From Lytechinus pictus (taxonomy: Eukaryota), in the NCBI RefSeq assembly GCF_037042905.1, contig NC_087263.1:12526001-12590000 (forward strand): DNA of 64,000 bases, given 5' to 3'. Every line of letters starts with the position of its first letter. The first letter of the stretch is position 1. The translations under genes and the position numbers were made by a program. The notes below the pieces were generated by a model. The model had not been told where the DNA came from, made no database searches, and was given only the letters and a program-made list of their open reading frames with translations. Below are positions 12,744 through 26,648 of this stretch, in pieces.

Positions 12744-12793
12744 GTCACGAGCAACATCAGCGATTAAAAGAAAACCATGAGACTGCTGTGTGA
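12744..12793 (+). CDS. DGKZ: DGK zeta/iota-like terminal coding exon with ETAV PDZ-binding motif
   Basis: Long pyrimidine tract then CAG acceptor. In phase with the 6040 donor, it gives SHEQHQRLKENHETAV-stop. Type IV DGKs end in ETAV. Confidence 0.93.
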
Positions 12794-12797
12794 CTTA

Positions 12798-13038
12798 CAC
12801 TGGAAAGCACTGGATTGCAGATAAAGAGGAGTCTTGTGTTTAACACTCAAGTATTTATTTTGACTCCAGGACTACAGCACCAAACACCTTCTCAGGTATG
12901 ATTAACACCTGCCTCTGATGATTTACAAAATGTGAGTCGAAATAAGACACCTTAAAGCTTGGTGCTATCAGGCTTGGTGTTTAAATGTGAAATCTGTCTC
13001 TTGGTGTTCTTTATTACAAGACAAGGTGTTTCACAGTG
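12798..13038. mobile_element. Degenerate CACTA/EnSpm-type MITE at the start of the DGK 3' UTR
   Basis: Termini cactggaaagcac / gtgtttcacagtg. Internal aacacc/ggtgtt motifs are shared with the element at 22686. Confidence 0.45.
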
Positions 13039-13595
13039 GATGGTGTTGCATTAGTCTTACTATATACACCGTAAGTGTCAAGTGCTGACACCAAGAAAGT
13101 CAGGTGAAGGAACAGAGACACTTTGTGCCATTGATCTAATTCAGGTGTACGAGACACATGCTGAACACATTCAATGAACCTGCATTGATTTGTAAAATGG
13201 GGTGAAATTAGGATGAGTGTCTGTTTATTTCCACAAATTTTCTTGAAAACAATATGGAAAAAGTGTTCATATAGCTGATGGTGATGGGTCATGCATTTAC
13301 CAGTGTAAGTAGTTTCTTTTCAATTCCGCAGGTGTGAACATTTTTTTTCCTTCTTTTTGGCTCGAGAGTTTAGATGCATCACATAGCACAAGCATGTTGA
13401 AATGAGACATTGATTTCAAAACAGCTAAAATTTCTTTTATATTTCGTGAAGACACAAGATATTATAGATAGAAAAGCTACTGTATTGTAATTTGTTGTTG
13501 TACTTTGAGATTAAGCAATTATTTTCCTGCTTATGCAGTTGATATTTTGCCTCGAAGAATAATAAAAGTGATGACTTGAATGCAAGCTGCCTATA

Positions 13596-14533
13596 CAGAG
13601 TGTCCCACAAAAAATGTTCATGGCACTCTAGATGAGTATTATATTAAAATTACAACATCATATTTATACCTTTACACCTGTTAACTACAATTAATTTCCT
13701 ACAAATGGATGAAATTTTATGTGATATCGTCCGATAATCAGAAAGATATGACCATGTGTTCATTACATATCAGGACCCCCCCCCCCATCTAAGTTTTGTA
13801 TTAAGTAATATCTAAAGTCAGGTTCAGCAAACAAGATTTGTTTTTTATGGGGCTTTCACAATTGCTTGTGCGATCGTTTGCGATCACTTGGTCACAATAC
13901 ATGTTGCACAGAATCGCAACGGTTGTAACCAGTCGCACCACCAATTGTGAATGGGGCTTTATTCAAGTAGTGCAAATTATATCTATTCACGTTCAGCCAT
14001 GGGAGTAAATCTGTATGGATTTTTTTTTGTTCAGGACTTGGGGATGACCTATTCATGCATCCCTTCTGATGAATAGATGAGATCAAGATAAAATCATAAA
14101 TCAAAAACAAATGTTTTAATTCATTTCCTTGTTGGTATCATTTAGTAGGCCTATTATCAATCAAAAATCAATTTTCATGTTTGATTAAAGATATCATGCT
14201 TAATTAGATATATCCTGCCGATTGCCTAAAATGATTTTTTTTTATGTAAGTATCGGCACGCAAGTTGTAGGGCCAAAAACCTAAAAAAGGGAATAAGAAA
14301 AAAGAGTGAATGAAGTCATGATTGGACTATGTACTTTATTCAACATAATAACAAAACTTAGAAAGGCTCATATCTCTGTGTTGAATGAACCATACTGCAT
14401 GAAATTAAAGCCAGTTGTATAACACAAATGCTAGTTTGCGATTATGAAATAATATGCAATATGATTTGGTAATTCTCACATTACACCCATTTAAAGTGTC
14501 ATTAACATTTTTTTTAGGGGGGAGGACATGCTG
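13596..14533. mobile_element. Degenerate Tc1/mariner-type non-autonomous element
   Basis: TA|cagagtgtcccacaaaaaatgttcatggcact at the left; decayed inverted copy agtgtcattaacattttttt...ggacatgctg at the right. Confidence 0.5.
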
Positions 14534-17500
14534 CATATTGAAATCACGTGGTAAGAAATTATTGAATATTCTGAATTGCATTCAAATCAATAATCTGGTT
14601 TCAAAGGAAATTAATAAATCTCATGTACAACAACAATATTCTGATTGGTTATAGTGGTACATGTATATTCAAGAATGTATGCAAAGTGCAATGAGTTCAA
14701 TTAGCCAATGCCATTTGAGATTAATTGTAAGTTTTTGTGTAAGGTGATCTAGGTGAAATTTTACAGTAATTAATATTGGTGCATTCAGACTTGAATTTTT
14801 TTAGAGAGAAATTAAGCTGATAAGAGGTTCTATGTGATGCATGGTATTCTCTCCTATTTCGCTTTTGTTTTGGGAGTCGCCATGGAAACTTGTGGTTTAA
14901 AAACAGTATACATCTCATGTGTTATTCAGTTTGTTTATGCATTATATCATAAATCATTACAATGATCTAAAGAGATAGCTAACTCTACTTTATCTTGAAT
15001 AAGAGTTTTGTCAATTCCTGACTTATTTTCATCACGATGTTATCATTTTTGTATTCCTACTGTATTGGTCATTCTATCTGATGTTTATTCATGAGGAGGG
15101 GCTAGGCCCCTCTCCCGGAGTCATCTCCTGACCAATCAGGATTCACCGTGCAAATAATATGTGTCAATAAATATTCATGAGATATTACATAGATGAATTA
15201 TTTATAATCTGTATTATAGACAAAAGATTTGAGATTGGTTGTACATTGTAATTATAATGAAGATAAAGATATTTATTTATTCAAAAGTTTTATGAAGAAG
15301 AATGCAATACTTCTTCGAGAATGTTGATGTGAAATGAAAAAAAAAACACATATCAATGGAAGTGTGTAATTATCATATAATATGTGGGTGAATGTCAGAT
15401 TATGTAAGCTATTTTACCTTGATATTACTTGTTAATGTAAAACAGCCACAATGCCTGGTGTATAGTGAACCAAAATCCTTAAAAGTCTTTATATTACCCT
15501 TGTCTGTATACCCTGGACCTCTACTCGTTCCTTATTCTATTTTGTGTCATGTTATCCTTGAGTTCTGCTTTTAAAGCAATGTTTCAAAGGTTGAATCTCA
15601 TATTTGCAACATTTTGAGATTGCACACATTATCTTTGGAGACTATCTCCATCACTTTCTCCCCATGACGATTAAGAATTTAAAAACAATGTTGCTAAATT
15701 AATACAATCTTTGCCCTTGTGTACAAACTCTGTATCTTATATATCTTATTTTGCAATTTTGTATCTCGCCACAACCAAGAATTAACGTCAAATGGTAATC
15801 TTAAATCTTGCTGAAAATGGAAGGATGTTTGTTTTCATAGCACTTAATACTTTTTTTTCTTGCATTCACTTGTACAGGTTGAAGTGAGTTATGGGTAACT
15901 CCACATAAATATTCATGTTTTTAATCAAGTTTTTAATTAGTCAATACAAGCTCCAGTTTTATGTGCGACAGCCAGTGCACAATGCTACATGTATATTTGC
16001 CCATGAAAATCTAGAGAACAGGTACCAACATAAATAAAACATAATTAGCGCTTATTTTTTGTATTCATTTTATTATCAACATTTTATTGGTATGAATCAA
16101 CATGAAGTAATGCGTACAATTCTCAAGAAAATTGAAGATTTATTAGATTAAGTGTTTATCTCGAAATGCAAGTATGTAAAAGTATGGCCCCTGCATCAGT
16201 CATTATCAAAATTATGCATTCCACTAATTTTATTATTCTAAGCAACATTACACAATGCAGATCTAATGATCTTTCTCTTAATATATAGGATGCTAGTTAT
16301 TTAAATTCTGTAAAGTCAGAAGGTAGTTACAATTCATCTTCTTTTGAAGACCTTACATATGTGAAGTATCTATATAAGAGTCATTTTCATACACTATTTT
16401 CCAAGTATTTTGTACTTGTATTTATTGATTTTTCTTTTAATTTGTTTATCATTTATTTATTTCTTAAATATATATATATTTTTTTTGGGGGGAGGAGATA
16501 TCTGACTGAAACATGTTTATTGCTAAATTAATTTATCTCTTTAGTTATGGAATCAATTACTGTTTATTAACTTTGTATCAGGTTTGGGTAGATCAATTTT
16601 TTATTGGTGTCGTATTCTTTCAGGAATTGATTCATCATCCTCTTGTGAACCGGATTTGATCAAACCAGTACATTTTTTCAGCATTGAACAAATACATGTC
16701 ATTGCTTTGTAATTATTACTACATCTATAATTTTAGTGATCCTCTGTCTGCTCAGAATCACCCGAGTATCCTGCAGTATTTGGGCTATCAATTGAAGAAC
16801 TACATGTAACACACGATATGTGTTTTCTGAAGAAACTACTAAGTGATTGACATCTTGTAGCTCAACTGTTTCACAAAGTTGTAAGGATTTAGTCATACAT
16901 TTCAAATTCATATTCTACCTCTTCGTTTAAGATGAGGCACGGATTCCAGACTATTACTGGGTGCTAATTTGTCCGAGGGTAATTTGACATGCACAAAAAG
17001 GGGCATTCCATTGGATGCACCATTATATTTTCAATTTTTACAGGGTGCGCCCCGCACCTTCCCCCACACCCTGGATCTGCGTGCGCCTGAAGATAATATT
17101 GTTGATCAATCTGTGCGTGGGTGCAAAGCTCTCATGATGCTACTTCTAACAGGAATTGTGTGGCAAACCTCTGTAGGGTTTTTCGTTCTACCACGAAATG
17201 TATTTGACTGGTCACAGCATTGTTGCAGAAAAGTTTTCTCTTCATATATTTTCATATTTAGGTCGAGCTGGTTCTCATTTCTGATGAATTAAGTCATTTA
17301 AAAAACTATCTTCATTTGGTGCTAGTCCATAGGTATTGAGAGATACATATTTCTTCTTTACGAGCAAAAAAAAAAAAATCTGATCCCATACTTTACATCT
17401 TCCTTCCTTTGTTATTGAGGGATGGTAGTTTGGACAGTGATATTTCTTTGTGCAAGAACTTTTTTCACGAATGGGATATGTTGATTTGAGAGTTTGGACT

Positions 17501-19158
17501 CCACAGAAATGTAGTTTATGAAATGCATTTGTAGATTTCCCTTCTCATATTTTGAGAAGCAACGTCGAAAATATTCAAATCTGTCCAAACTAATCTATAA
17601 GAGTTTGTCACTTGCGTAGACCCTGGGCGACAATGATGGCTTCCTTCAGGTCAGAAGAAAGTGTATGGAAATGGATTTGTTTTAAACTGAAGAGCAGTAA
17701 CTCTGACACTTTATAGATTAATGTTAGGGCTGCGAGAGTCAAAGATGACATCTCTTCTTTGCTCGTTCAAAAAAATTAGGATGTTGCTTACTTCTTCAGT
17801 ACAAAGATGAAATGCAACTCTTTCAGACAATCTTATTTTCCATTTTTTCTTAATTGCTAACTTTGGCTATTTACAGAGAAGATACCCTGGTGACTTATTG
17901 TTGGTTTTAGGGTGGTGGGTCACCCATATTTTCCAGCTCTCTGTCTTATCCATTATCATTTCTATTCTTTCCTCTATGATTAAAGGACCATTTTCTACCT
18001 CATTTAGCGAGAAGAAAAACAGAGTAAAGTCCAGAATTAGTTGCGTTTTGTTAGATCATAGCACCCACGGACTTCCATTCTGAAGTCGGGTCATTAAAGC
18101 TGTGGTTCAACAATGGATAGCGAATTTCAACAGTAATCTCTTAACAATACGGAGGTGTCAAGTTCAAAGACCAGCCATGTGCGAGATTTGCTGTGGTTCG
18201 GCATGAGATGACCATGCATTTGTATAATGTGTATGACAATAGGCTGTGATACACACGTGAGAAGGAGAGGGGGGATGAGCGAGAGTCGCAAAGGCAGGAG
18301 TCTTGCACCTAAAGCATGAGACTTGGTATGTCACACAATAAAGGTTCAATTTTTCAGCACATTTAGTGCTCAGTTTATGTAGATGATCTGGGAATAATAT
18401 CTACAATAGAGCATGAGAATGTGTTGGTTTCTATAATCTGGTCACATGGTGTGATTGTTATTAATATGGTAGCATGATTGATTGTTCTAAAGCATGGATG
18501 GATGGATGGAAGTGATTGCTTTAACCTGATCGTGTCACTTCAAATGATTTAATGACCCATTTTGTACTTATATGTGGCTCTAGAGCAAATTTTCTTAGAT
18601 GCCATTCTTGAATCAAAGCTGTTTAACTTCAGCAAATTATTACACACATTTTAAATTGGCTACAAAATCAAAACGGTGAATCCATAACTGCAATCGCTGA
18701 CTTTGAATTAGATTGTTCCATTTTCATTTACTTTTGAGCCCTGTTTCCATGTGTGCGAGGGCAAATTACAGAACTGTTGCCAATTTGAAAAGTTATGAGA
18801 TAACTTGCAAAAAGTTCTGTATGGTTCACCCCTTTTCAGTTTATGACAAATCTGTACTGTAGCCATGGTTATTTGAATGTAAGTGCTGTGTTATTAATTT
18901 ACACTGTACAGATGAATTGTGTTTTATGTAACACCACCCCCCCCCTCCACACCCATGTTTAAAAAGACAATTTTATTTGCAGATGACTTCTTATACCTGT
19001 ACAAACATGCATAATGCAACAACAATGGGTGATTTCAAGTTCATTGACCTTTTGGTGTTGGTCTTAGGTCAATTTTGAACAAGTAAACACCAAACATGAA
19101 ATGGAGATGGTTCTGAAAAGTGATTCACTAGGTGTTGACCTATCAGTATTGTGATCTG

Positions 19159-19262
19159 GGTTCTGTAACACAAAGGTTAGCGATCAATCGTACACTTGAT
19201 TTTCACGATTCAATCGTTCAAGAATGTTCTACGATCATTGCTAAGCTTTGTGTTACGGGTCC
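19159..19262. mobile_element. Short Harbinger-type MITE
   Basis: TIR ggttctgtaacacaaag / ctttgtgttacgggtcc with CTG TSD on both sides. Confidence 0.75.
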
Positions 19263-19894
19263 CTGGATTATTTGTATAAACTTCGAATAGTTTTTGGAGC
19301 TCGGAAATGCAGCCCAAATTGTGCTTCCAACACCGATACCAACACCAGACTTGAAATCACCCAATATCTAGTGAAGTGATACCCTCAGGTTTAGTGTCGG
19401 TTGTTGGCTGTATGTGTTGTTCTTGAATAGAAACTTTGCTTGTTACTTGTAGGATAGAAGTTGAAATCTTTTGCGAAACGAACTATTTTCATTCTTCTCA
19501 AGAAATGTTGAGATGCTTTCGGTATATAGACTGCCTTATCCTATCCAGTCACATTTATATGAATAATTACAATTCCAATTTATTCAACCCATCAAAATAT
19601 CAATATAGTAATCATATATTGTACATAATTACGCAGTAAATGATACAGAATATGGCTAGGACCATTTAAAAAAGCAAACTGCTCTTAGAGAATAGCCCAA
19701 AAAGACAATAGCATTGACAAAATATATTTCAGTAATATGAAGCATTTGTGAGCTTAATGTTCTGCTTGTAACAAACCAACTCAAGATGGCCTTCAAACTG
19801 AACTCAAATTTGAAATTTGACCCTTTAGATTAAATTTTCAAATTCACATTTCAAAATTTAAACTCGAGTCAGGGTGGACGTCAAGTTATGTTCA

Positions 19895-20205
19895 TACTGG
19901 TTCTCAGTAGCGAGTTTCGCACCATTATGCAGAACAAATTCTAGAACGTACTTAATGTATTGAAAACGACCATCAGATGACAATGAATAGCTGGGAAGTC
20001 TTTGTCGAAAATTGGTATACCGGAAGAGCAGTTCATCCTGATTTGTTTTTCCAGACGCAATGATAAAAAAACATCAATTTTGATTCACTAATTTTGGACA
20101 AAGACTTCTTTGTTTGCTCATTGTCCTGAAGAGCATTTGACAATACATTTTCTATGTTCTTGAAAGTGTTCTGGGTGGCCTTGCCAAATCTCGCTATTCA
20201 CTGAT
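19895..20205. mobile_element. Palindromic MITE (related copy in opposite orientation at about 43085-43395)
   Basis: Internal inverted arms (gaagtctttgtc / gacaaagacttc). The reverse complement of 20080-20175 matches 43100-43200. Confidence 0.6.
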
Positions 20206-20677
20206 GCCTTACTTTGTTTTGCAAAAGATTTCTCCCGTAGTGAGAAGAACTCTAAGAGAAATATTTCAAAAAAATACACTCCACTGGGCAGCTAATCTTT
20301 CTATGGGTGTGTCCATACAATAGCTTTTCAATCTCATGAAAGGTATTCAAAACACAATGTTCTTCATAGTGTGCATTCATGCCAAGGCTATTGACGTACA
20401 AAAAAAAACATGTATGGACAGCAGTTGAACTACACTTTAAATTTCAAGGAATTAAAACAAATCCAGATCGGCTGTGCATGAGTAGTGACCAGCCGAAGGT
20501 TGGATTTATTTGTAATCTTAATGGTTTACTTTTAAATCTCAAAAGATTGAAATGCAAATTGTTTTAGCTTTATATTTGAATCTAAAATGTAATATTTGAC
20601 TTGTCACTATTCACAGCTCGTCTGGATTTATTTAAAATCCTTGGAATTTAGAGTGTAAAAATTTAATGTTGTCAATG

Positions 20678-20904
20678 GGGGGTATGTTTCACAAAGATTT
20701 AAGTATGACTTGGGCCGCACTTAAATGTCTAGTTTCATGTGGTATAAAAGGCATGACCGCGTTTGTCAGATCTTGCGTAGAGGACGCGCACTACTGCGTA
20801 TTGATCAATAAGGTTGTATGTTGCATATCTTGTACGCGTCAGCATTTAAGTGCAACTCTAAGTCATACTTAAATCTTCGTAATAGGTCCATGGTGAAACA
20901 CCCC
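20678..20904. mobile_element. Harbinger-type MITE
   Basis: TIRs gggtatgtttcacaaagatttaagtatgactt...gcacttaaatg / catttaagtgc...aagtcatacttaaatctt...gtgaaacacccc. Confidence 0.7.
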
Positions 20905-21210
20905 CAGTTTGTGATCACAGAAATGCAATAAGCAACCCTAGTTCAGAGCCACACAGCATGGAAAAATGTTTCAAATAGTCAAATTAAATCAGGTTGGCTG
21001 TTCCATAAAACTGGTTGTAAATTTATGTGTCACTCTATGAATAATAATAAGCCAAGTGAGTTACTGAATAGGCTTTGATTTCCACAGCCACTATAGCATT
21101 CTGACATTTTGATCAACATATTTTTGCACTATGAAAAATAAAACATGGTATGGACACATTCATAGACCAATAGAATTTCATCATCTAATTACTTCCCATC
21201 TTTGTTTTTA

Positions 21211-22156
21211 TTGTCTCACCTGCATAGCAGAGTGAGACTATAGGCGCCGCTTTTCCGACGGCGGCGGCGTCAACACCAAATCTTAACCTGAGGTTAAGTT
21301 TTTGAAATGACAGCATAACTTAGAAAGTATATGGACCTAGTTCATGAAACTTGGCCATAAGGTTAATCAAGTATTACTGAACATCCTGCCTGAGTTTCAG
21401 GTCACATGACCAAGGTCAAAGGTCATTTAGGGTCAATGAACTTAGACCATGTTGGGGGAATCAACATCAAAATCTTAACCTAAGGTTAAGTTTTTGAAAT
21501 GTCATCATAACTTAGAAAATATATGGACCTAGTTCATGAAACTTATACATAAGGTTAATCAAGTATCACTGAACATCCTGCATGAGTTTCACATCACATG
21601 ACCAAGGTCAAAGGTCATTTAGGGTCAATGAACTTTGGCCGAATTGGGGGTATCTGTTGAATTACCATCATAACTTTGAATGTTTATGGATCTGATTCAT
21701 GAAACTTGGACATAATAGTAATCAAGTATTACTGAACATCCTGTGCAAGTTTCAGGTCACATGATCAAGGTCAAAGGTCATTTAGGGTCAATGAACTTTG
21801 GCCAAATTGGGGTATTTGTTGAATTACAGCCATAAATTTGAAAGTGTGTTGGTCTAGTTCATAAAACTTGGACATAATAGTAATCAAGTATCACTGAACA
21901 TCCTGTGCGAGTTTCAGGTCACATGATCAAGGTCAAAGGTCATGTAAGGTCAAAGAACTTTGGCCACGTTGGGGGTATTTGTTGAATTGCCATCATATCT
22001 CTATAAGTGTATTGGTCTAGTTCATAAAACGTGGAAATAAGAGTAACCAAGTATCACTGAACATCTTGTGCGAGTTATAGTAGTTTTCAAAATCAGCACT
22101 GCTGCTATATTGAATCGCGTGATGCAGGTGAGACGGCCAGAGGCATTCCACTTGTT
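21211..22156 (+). mobile_element. Helentron-associated (HINE/DINE-1-like) non-autonomous element, copy 1
   Basis: T-run insertion site; subterminal IR gtctcacctgcat / atgcaggtgagac; 5' short IR gtgagac; (GGC)n; five internal 162-192-bp tandem repeats; 3' hairpin gccagaggc. Confidence 0.85.
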
Positions 22157-22685
22157 ATGTAATTTTTTCTGCTCTTAATTTCCTTTTATTTATTTGAAAA
22201 GATGGTTAAATGGGAAGTTATAGGATATAGAAGAGAGGATTAGATATTAGGTGTTTCATTAGACTGTTTGTAACTAAGGAAGAACTTTAGGAACGACTGG
22301 TGATACCTTCTCTGGTACTAATCAGTTATTTTTGTACCACCGGTCATGTGTAAAATGGTTCATAACTTATGAACAGCGCGTTATGACACAACCCTCACAT
22401 ATCCTTTGTGATCTTGGGTCCTTTCACGTAACGACATCAAATGTTATTGTCTGAGAAACAATTATTTGACATTTAATGTGTTATTTGCTTGTTTACCGAC
22501 ACGTGAAGATTAAGGTTGTGTTACTGAAAACTGACCACCATGAAGAATACCAACACAGATAAGCGCATGTGGGACGAGGTATTTTTATTGCTTGGAAAAG
22601 GAAACAGCATCTGACAAGATTGCCATGCTTACTTTGTTAATTTCTCAGCTAATGCACATTTTCTGCCAAAATCATTTGGTGCTTG

Positions 22686-22930
22686 CACTGCAAAAACGCC
22701 GGTGTTAATTTAACACCACCTTGGTATCTATATCGGAACACCCCAAAGGGGTGTTGATACAACCCCGGTTTGGCTTTAGGCTAACACCAGATAAGCATTA
22801 AAGCAACACCAATTAGTGTTAAACCAATATCGGTTAGATGCTAAACTGGTGTTGTTTCAACACTTCTCTCTGCTGTTTTTCGATATAGATACAGGGCTAG
22901 TGTTAAATTAATACCAGTGATTTTGCAGCA
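22686..22930. mobile_element. CACTA/EnSpm-type MITE inserted in an older repeat
   Basis: Termini cactgcaaaaac...ggtgttaatttaacac / gtgttaaattaatacc...ttttgcagca with 2-bp TG flanks. Confidence 0.7.
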
Positions 22931-25900
22931 TGCATTTGATTAATACACGGAAGAAAATTGGTGGTCATTCTGTTGGATTCGGTTCAAACTCATTTTTAGA
23001 TCATTACCACAACTGGCAATTTGAAAGCAATCATTTGAAAATGTACTCTCTAGCCATTATTCTACATTAGACTTCTTTTTGAAATTGGATATGCTACAAT
23101 GTGGAACCAAGTTCATCAAATATTCTTGCAAATGCATTTTCGTGACTCTTTTCTGTGGAGTCCATACCTGAAAGCGACCTAGGTTGCTGTAATTTTTGCT
23201 TTCTATCCTGGAAATAGTGTTTTCTTTCCCCTGTTTAGGAAATACTGGTCTGAATCATGATTTATTTGGTTTTGGAGGCTTTTCTCACCAGGTTGTATTG
23301 TTCATATCTCAGAGCTGAAGAACTTTGATGGTTCATCATTTAATATCTGTTTTGAAATAAAAAGTTAAGTGATTTTTCATTCAGACATTATTTTGGTATG
23401 GTTTTCCCATTAACCATTTCTGTGGAGTCCACACCCCAAATAGAGCTAAGAGTTTGTTTTTGAAATTATTTTTCTTTGATGGGGGTACATTCTATGTCTT
23501 TAACAGCCAAATTATTTACCTAGAGATGTTAAAGAATTTACATCAAGTATTCAAGACCATACTACATAATTCTGTGAAACCTAGAGTACACCAAACTTTA
23601 CATATTTTGAAAGTTGTGAGCTCAAAGTTAGGAATGAAGACATATTTTGACAACATTTTGTCTGGTTCTTGGTCAACACATAACGTAGACATATACTCAG
23701 TTTTTCATCACATTACCTTATGTTCTTTCCATTGATACCAATTTCTAAAAAACTTGTGTCTTCTTGGGCATCTTTGTTATGTGTCATGTGAAGACATGCG
23801 TCCACTTCCAGTCAGCAGTCAAACACTTAAAAAATATTGGTCTAGGAAAGACTTGAAAATCCCCTTTTTCCAGCAAATATGCAAAATATACTATTTATAT
23901 TTTCATCTTTGATGACTTATTCTTTCATTTTCATTGCAACACAAGCATGGTTTCATTTCCAATTCATTGTGGTGCATAAAATCTTTATAAGATCGTCACC
24001 TTTCTTTTTCGATTACATTGAGGAGCCATTTTCTTTTGACAAAATTAATGCAGCGGCCTTTTACATGTTTATTTGTCCATTTCTTCAATATAACCATTGA
24101 TCATTCAAAAATTGTTAGTATCTGACTTGGCCCTTTCATTAGGGTTTTTGTTATTGATATATACATATATATTTCTGATACAGTAGAAATCATAGGATTA
24201 AATCTTGAACACTATAATGACTTAGGTAGGGAAAATGGTAATGTAGGCACAGGAAAAACAACTGAGCACTGCTAGTGGCAATTTTAGCAGCGCGTCCATT
24301 GTTCATGGGGGGGGGGGTTACCACAGATGTGATCTATTGTCGCCCCCCTCCTCTGATCCAATAGACAGATGTCACAAATATCTGCCCATGATAAGCACAA
24401 TGTTAATAAATTCTGACACCACAAACAATTACCTGGCACTGTGTATAAATTTATTAAAACATTGCACAGAAATTCAGCAAAATGTTGCATATATGTTTTT
24501 AAAATGTATGAACTATCTATAATGGCATATGATTGTATGGTGTTCTCTTTGAACAAAGATTTTTATTTTGTTCTATGGATTGATAAAGCAGTTATGGTCC
24601 ATTAGAAAAAATAAAGAGTTCAGGAAGAATATTTGAAGATGAAAAAAGTATGCATGGGTACGTTCTTGTAAAGTCAAAATATGATTCGACTATCATAGAA
24701 TGTGTAGACATGCTTATTCGTGAGATGTATACTTTAAATTCTTTCAAGATAAATTTTAGATATTGAAGATAACTGATCCAGTGAAATGTATTTGAATTCA
24801 AGGCAAAAATAGTGACCCGTTTTCAAGAGATTGTGATTTTAATTTTGAGTGATCAGATAGAACAATGTACTTATTTATTTATTCATTCACTTATGTATTC
24901 TCTTTAAAATATCTGATACAGAACAGTACAAAGAAACATTATTTTACCTAAGATATATTATATGTGTTGATCACATAACAATTTGTTTGTAAACATTTGT
25001 TTTGATGATAAACAATGCTGGCATTACATATGAGAAAGAGAGAGATTAAAAAGAACAATTATGAGACAGGATGTAAGCGATCATAACCTACACTACTTGC
25101 TTGTGTAATATAAAGCATGGTTGATCCTATTGTATGTAAAATATTGCATGTAGAATGATTTGGTAATAAGTGAGAGAGAGAGAAAATATGTTTTTTTTTT
25201 AAGTATATCAATAATTTTCTAGATGTAATAGTAAAGCATGTTGACCATGCACATTTTATGAGTTTGAACTTTTTATTTTAATTTCTTTGCAAAGGAACAT
25301 TATATTTAAGCAATGTATTCATTAAGAAACTCCAACTCAGATCAATTTAATGACGTCACTGTAAATTGAAGTCTTGTGTCCGGAATTCAATATCTTGACC
25401 ATCTGAGTATGTGACCTTTCAGATCAAAGTATGTGAGTCCCGGGAATTTTAACTGGAAATGGAAGAAAAATAATTTTGAGATTTAAGCATTGAAATGTTG
25501 AAAATAAAGTTAACTCAAATGCTAACTCTTTTAATCTTCTCTCAAATAAGGAGCACAAGAAATTGAACTTGAGCAATTTTAAAGAAATTTCAGACTGCTG
25601 AAAGTTTGAGTAGACATTTGAGTTAACCCAAACTTCTTTTGGTTCTGGGGTTCTTTCCTTAAAATGAACTACATTGATTATGCTACTGATGATTAACACA
25701 TTTTAAAGAAGCAGCTGGAAATTAAATTTCTTCTAAAAGATCATATATATTCTATTTTGATGTTAAATCTAATGTAACCATGTATGCATATTTTTGAATA
25801 ATTTGTGAATCCAATCATTGAAAATAATATTATTCATCTTATTTTGAAATGATTTAATGTCAGGAGAGATCAACCTTTTCCTGAAAATGTTGTTACAGTT

Positions 25901-26202
25901 ACACTTACAATGTCATAACAATTGAAATAATTAGTACTTTGATATTAGATGGAAACTGTTAAAGCGGGTTGCGATGGGAATGTTTATACATGTCGTAAGT
26001 TTGGCCAAACACGCAAAATATAGTTACCTTAGTTTGAAACAGACATTCTGGAATAAGAGAATTAATAAAGTATATTCAGCATTTTTATGTCATATATACC
26101 CAGATCTATCTACAAAGATGTTACCCAGTATTTATGTATTTTTTGTAATAATTTATATGGTTTATTAGGCTTCATCTCAAAGATGATCAGACGTGTGACC
26201 TA

Positions 26203-26648
26203 GGATTGATCTTACAAAGAATTGCAATTGATCCAATTTAAGTTAACTATGGAAAGCCATCAATGCCAATGTCTAGAAAGCATATGACTTCAAAGGGTTT
26301 TGTTGGTGATTTACACTGATGTAAATGTCATGTACTTGGCAAATCTGTGTGGTTTATACACAGAAGATGCTCTGTGCATTTCATGTGTGAGGAATTTTGG
26401 AATGGGTGGATTTCCTTAGCTAGGATTGCTTGAATCAATCTTAACCCTTTGTAAACAAAGAAAAACGCACTTTATTTTCAGGAAAACGATGAATGCATGA
26501 ATATACATGTACATACATGTGTACATACATGTAATGTGTAGAAAATATTTTGTACAAAACATGCATTTTAGATGTTGGCCTTGTAGGCTGGCTTTGCATA
26601 GTTGTGGTTGATTGGATCAATCGCAACTCTTTGTATAAGACAAGGCCC
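26203..26648. mobile_element. MITE with about 55-bp imperfect TIRs
   Basis: tcttacaaagaattgcaattgatccaat / attggatcaatcgcaactctttgtataaga. Confidence 0.65.

Noticed and set aside
12309..12767. Hydrophobic Leu/Ser/Phe-rich ORFs suggesting a membrane protein
   Set aside because: They are translations of the CT-rich intronic tract; only 12744-12793 is coding.
13561..26070. A definite DGK polyadenylation site
   Set aside because: Several AATAAA hexamers (e.g. 13561, 15166, 16033) occur in AT-rich DNA and none can be chosen without transcript data.
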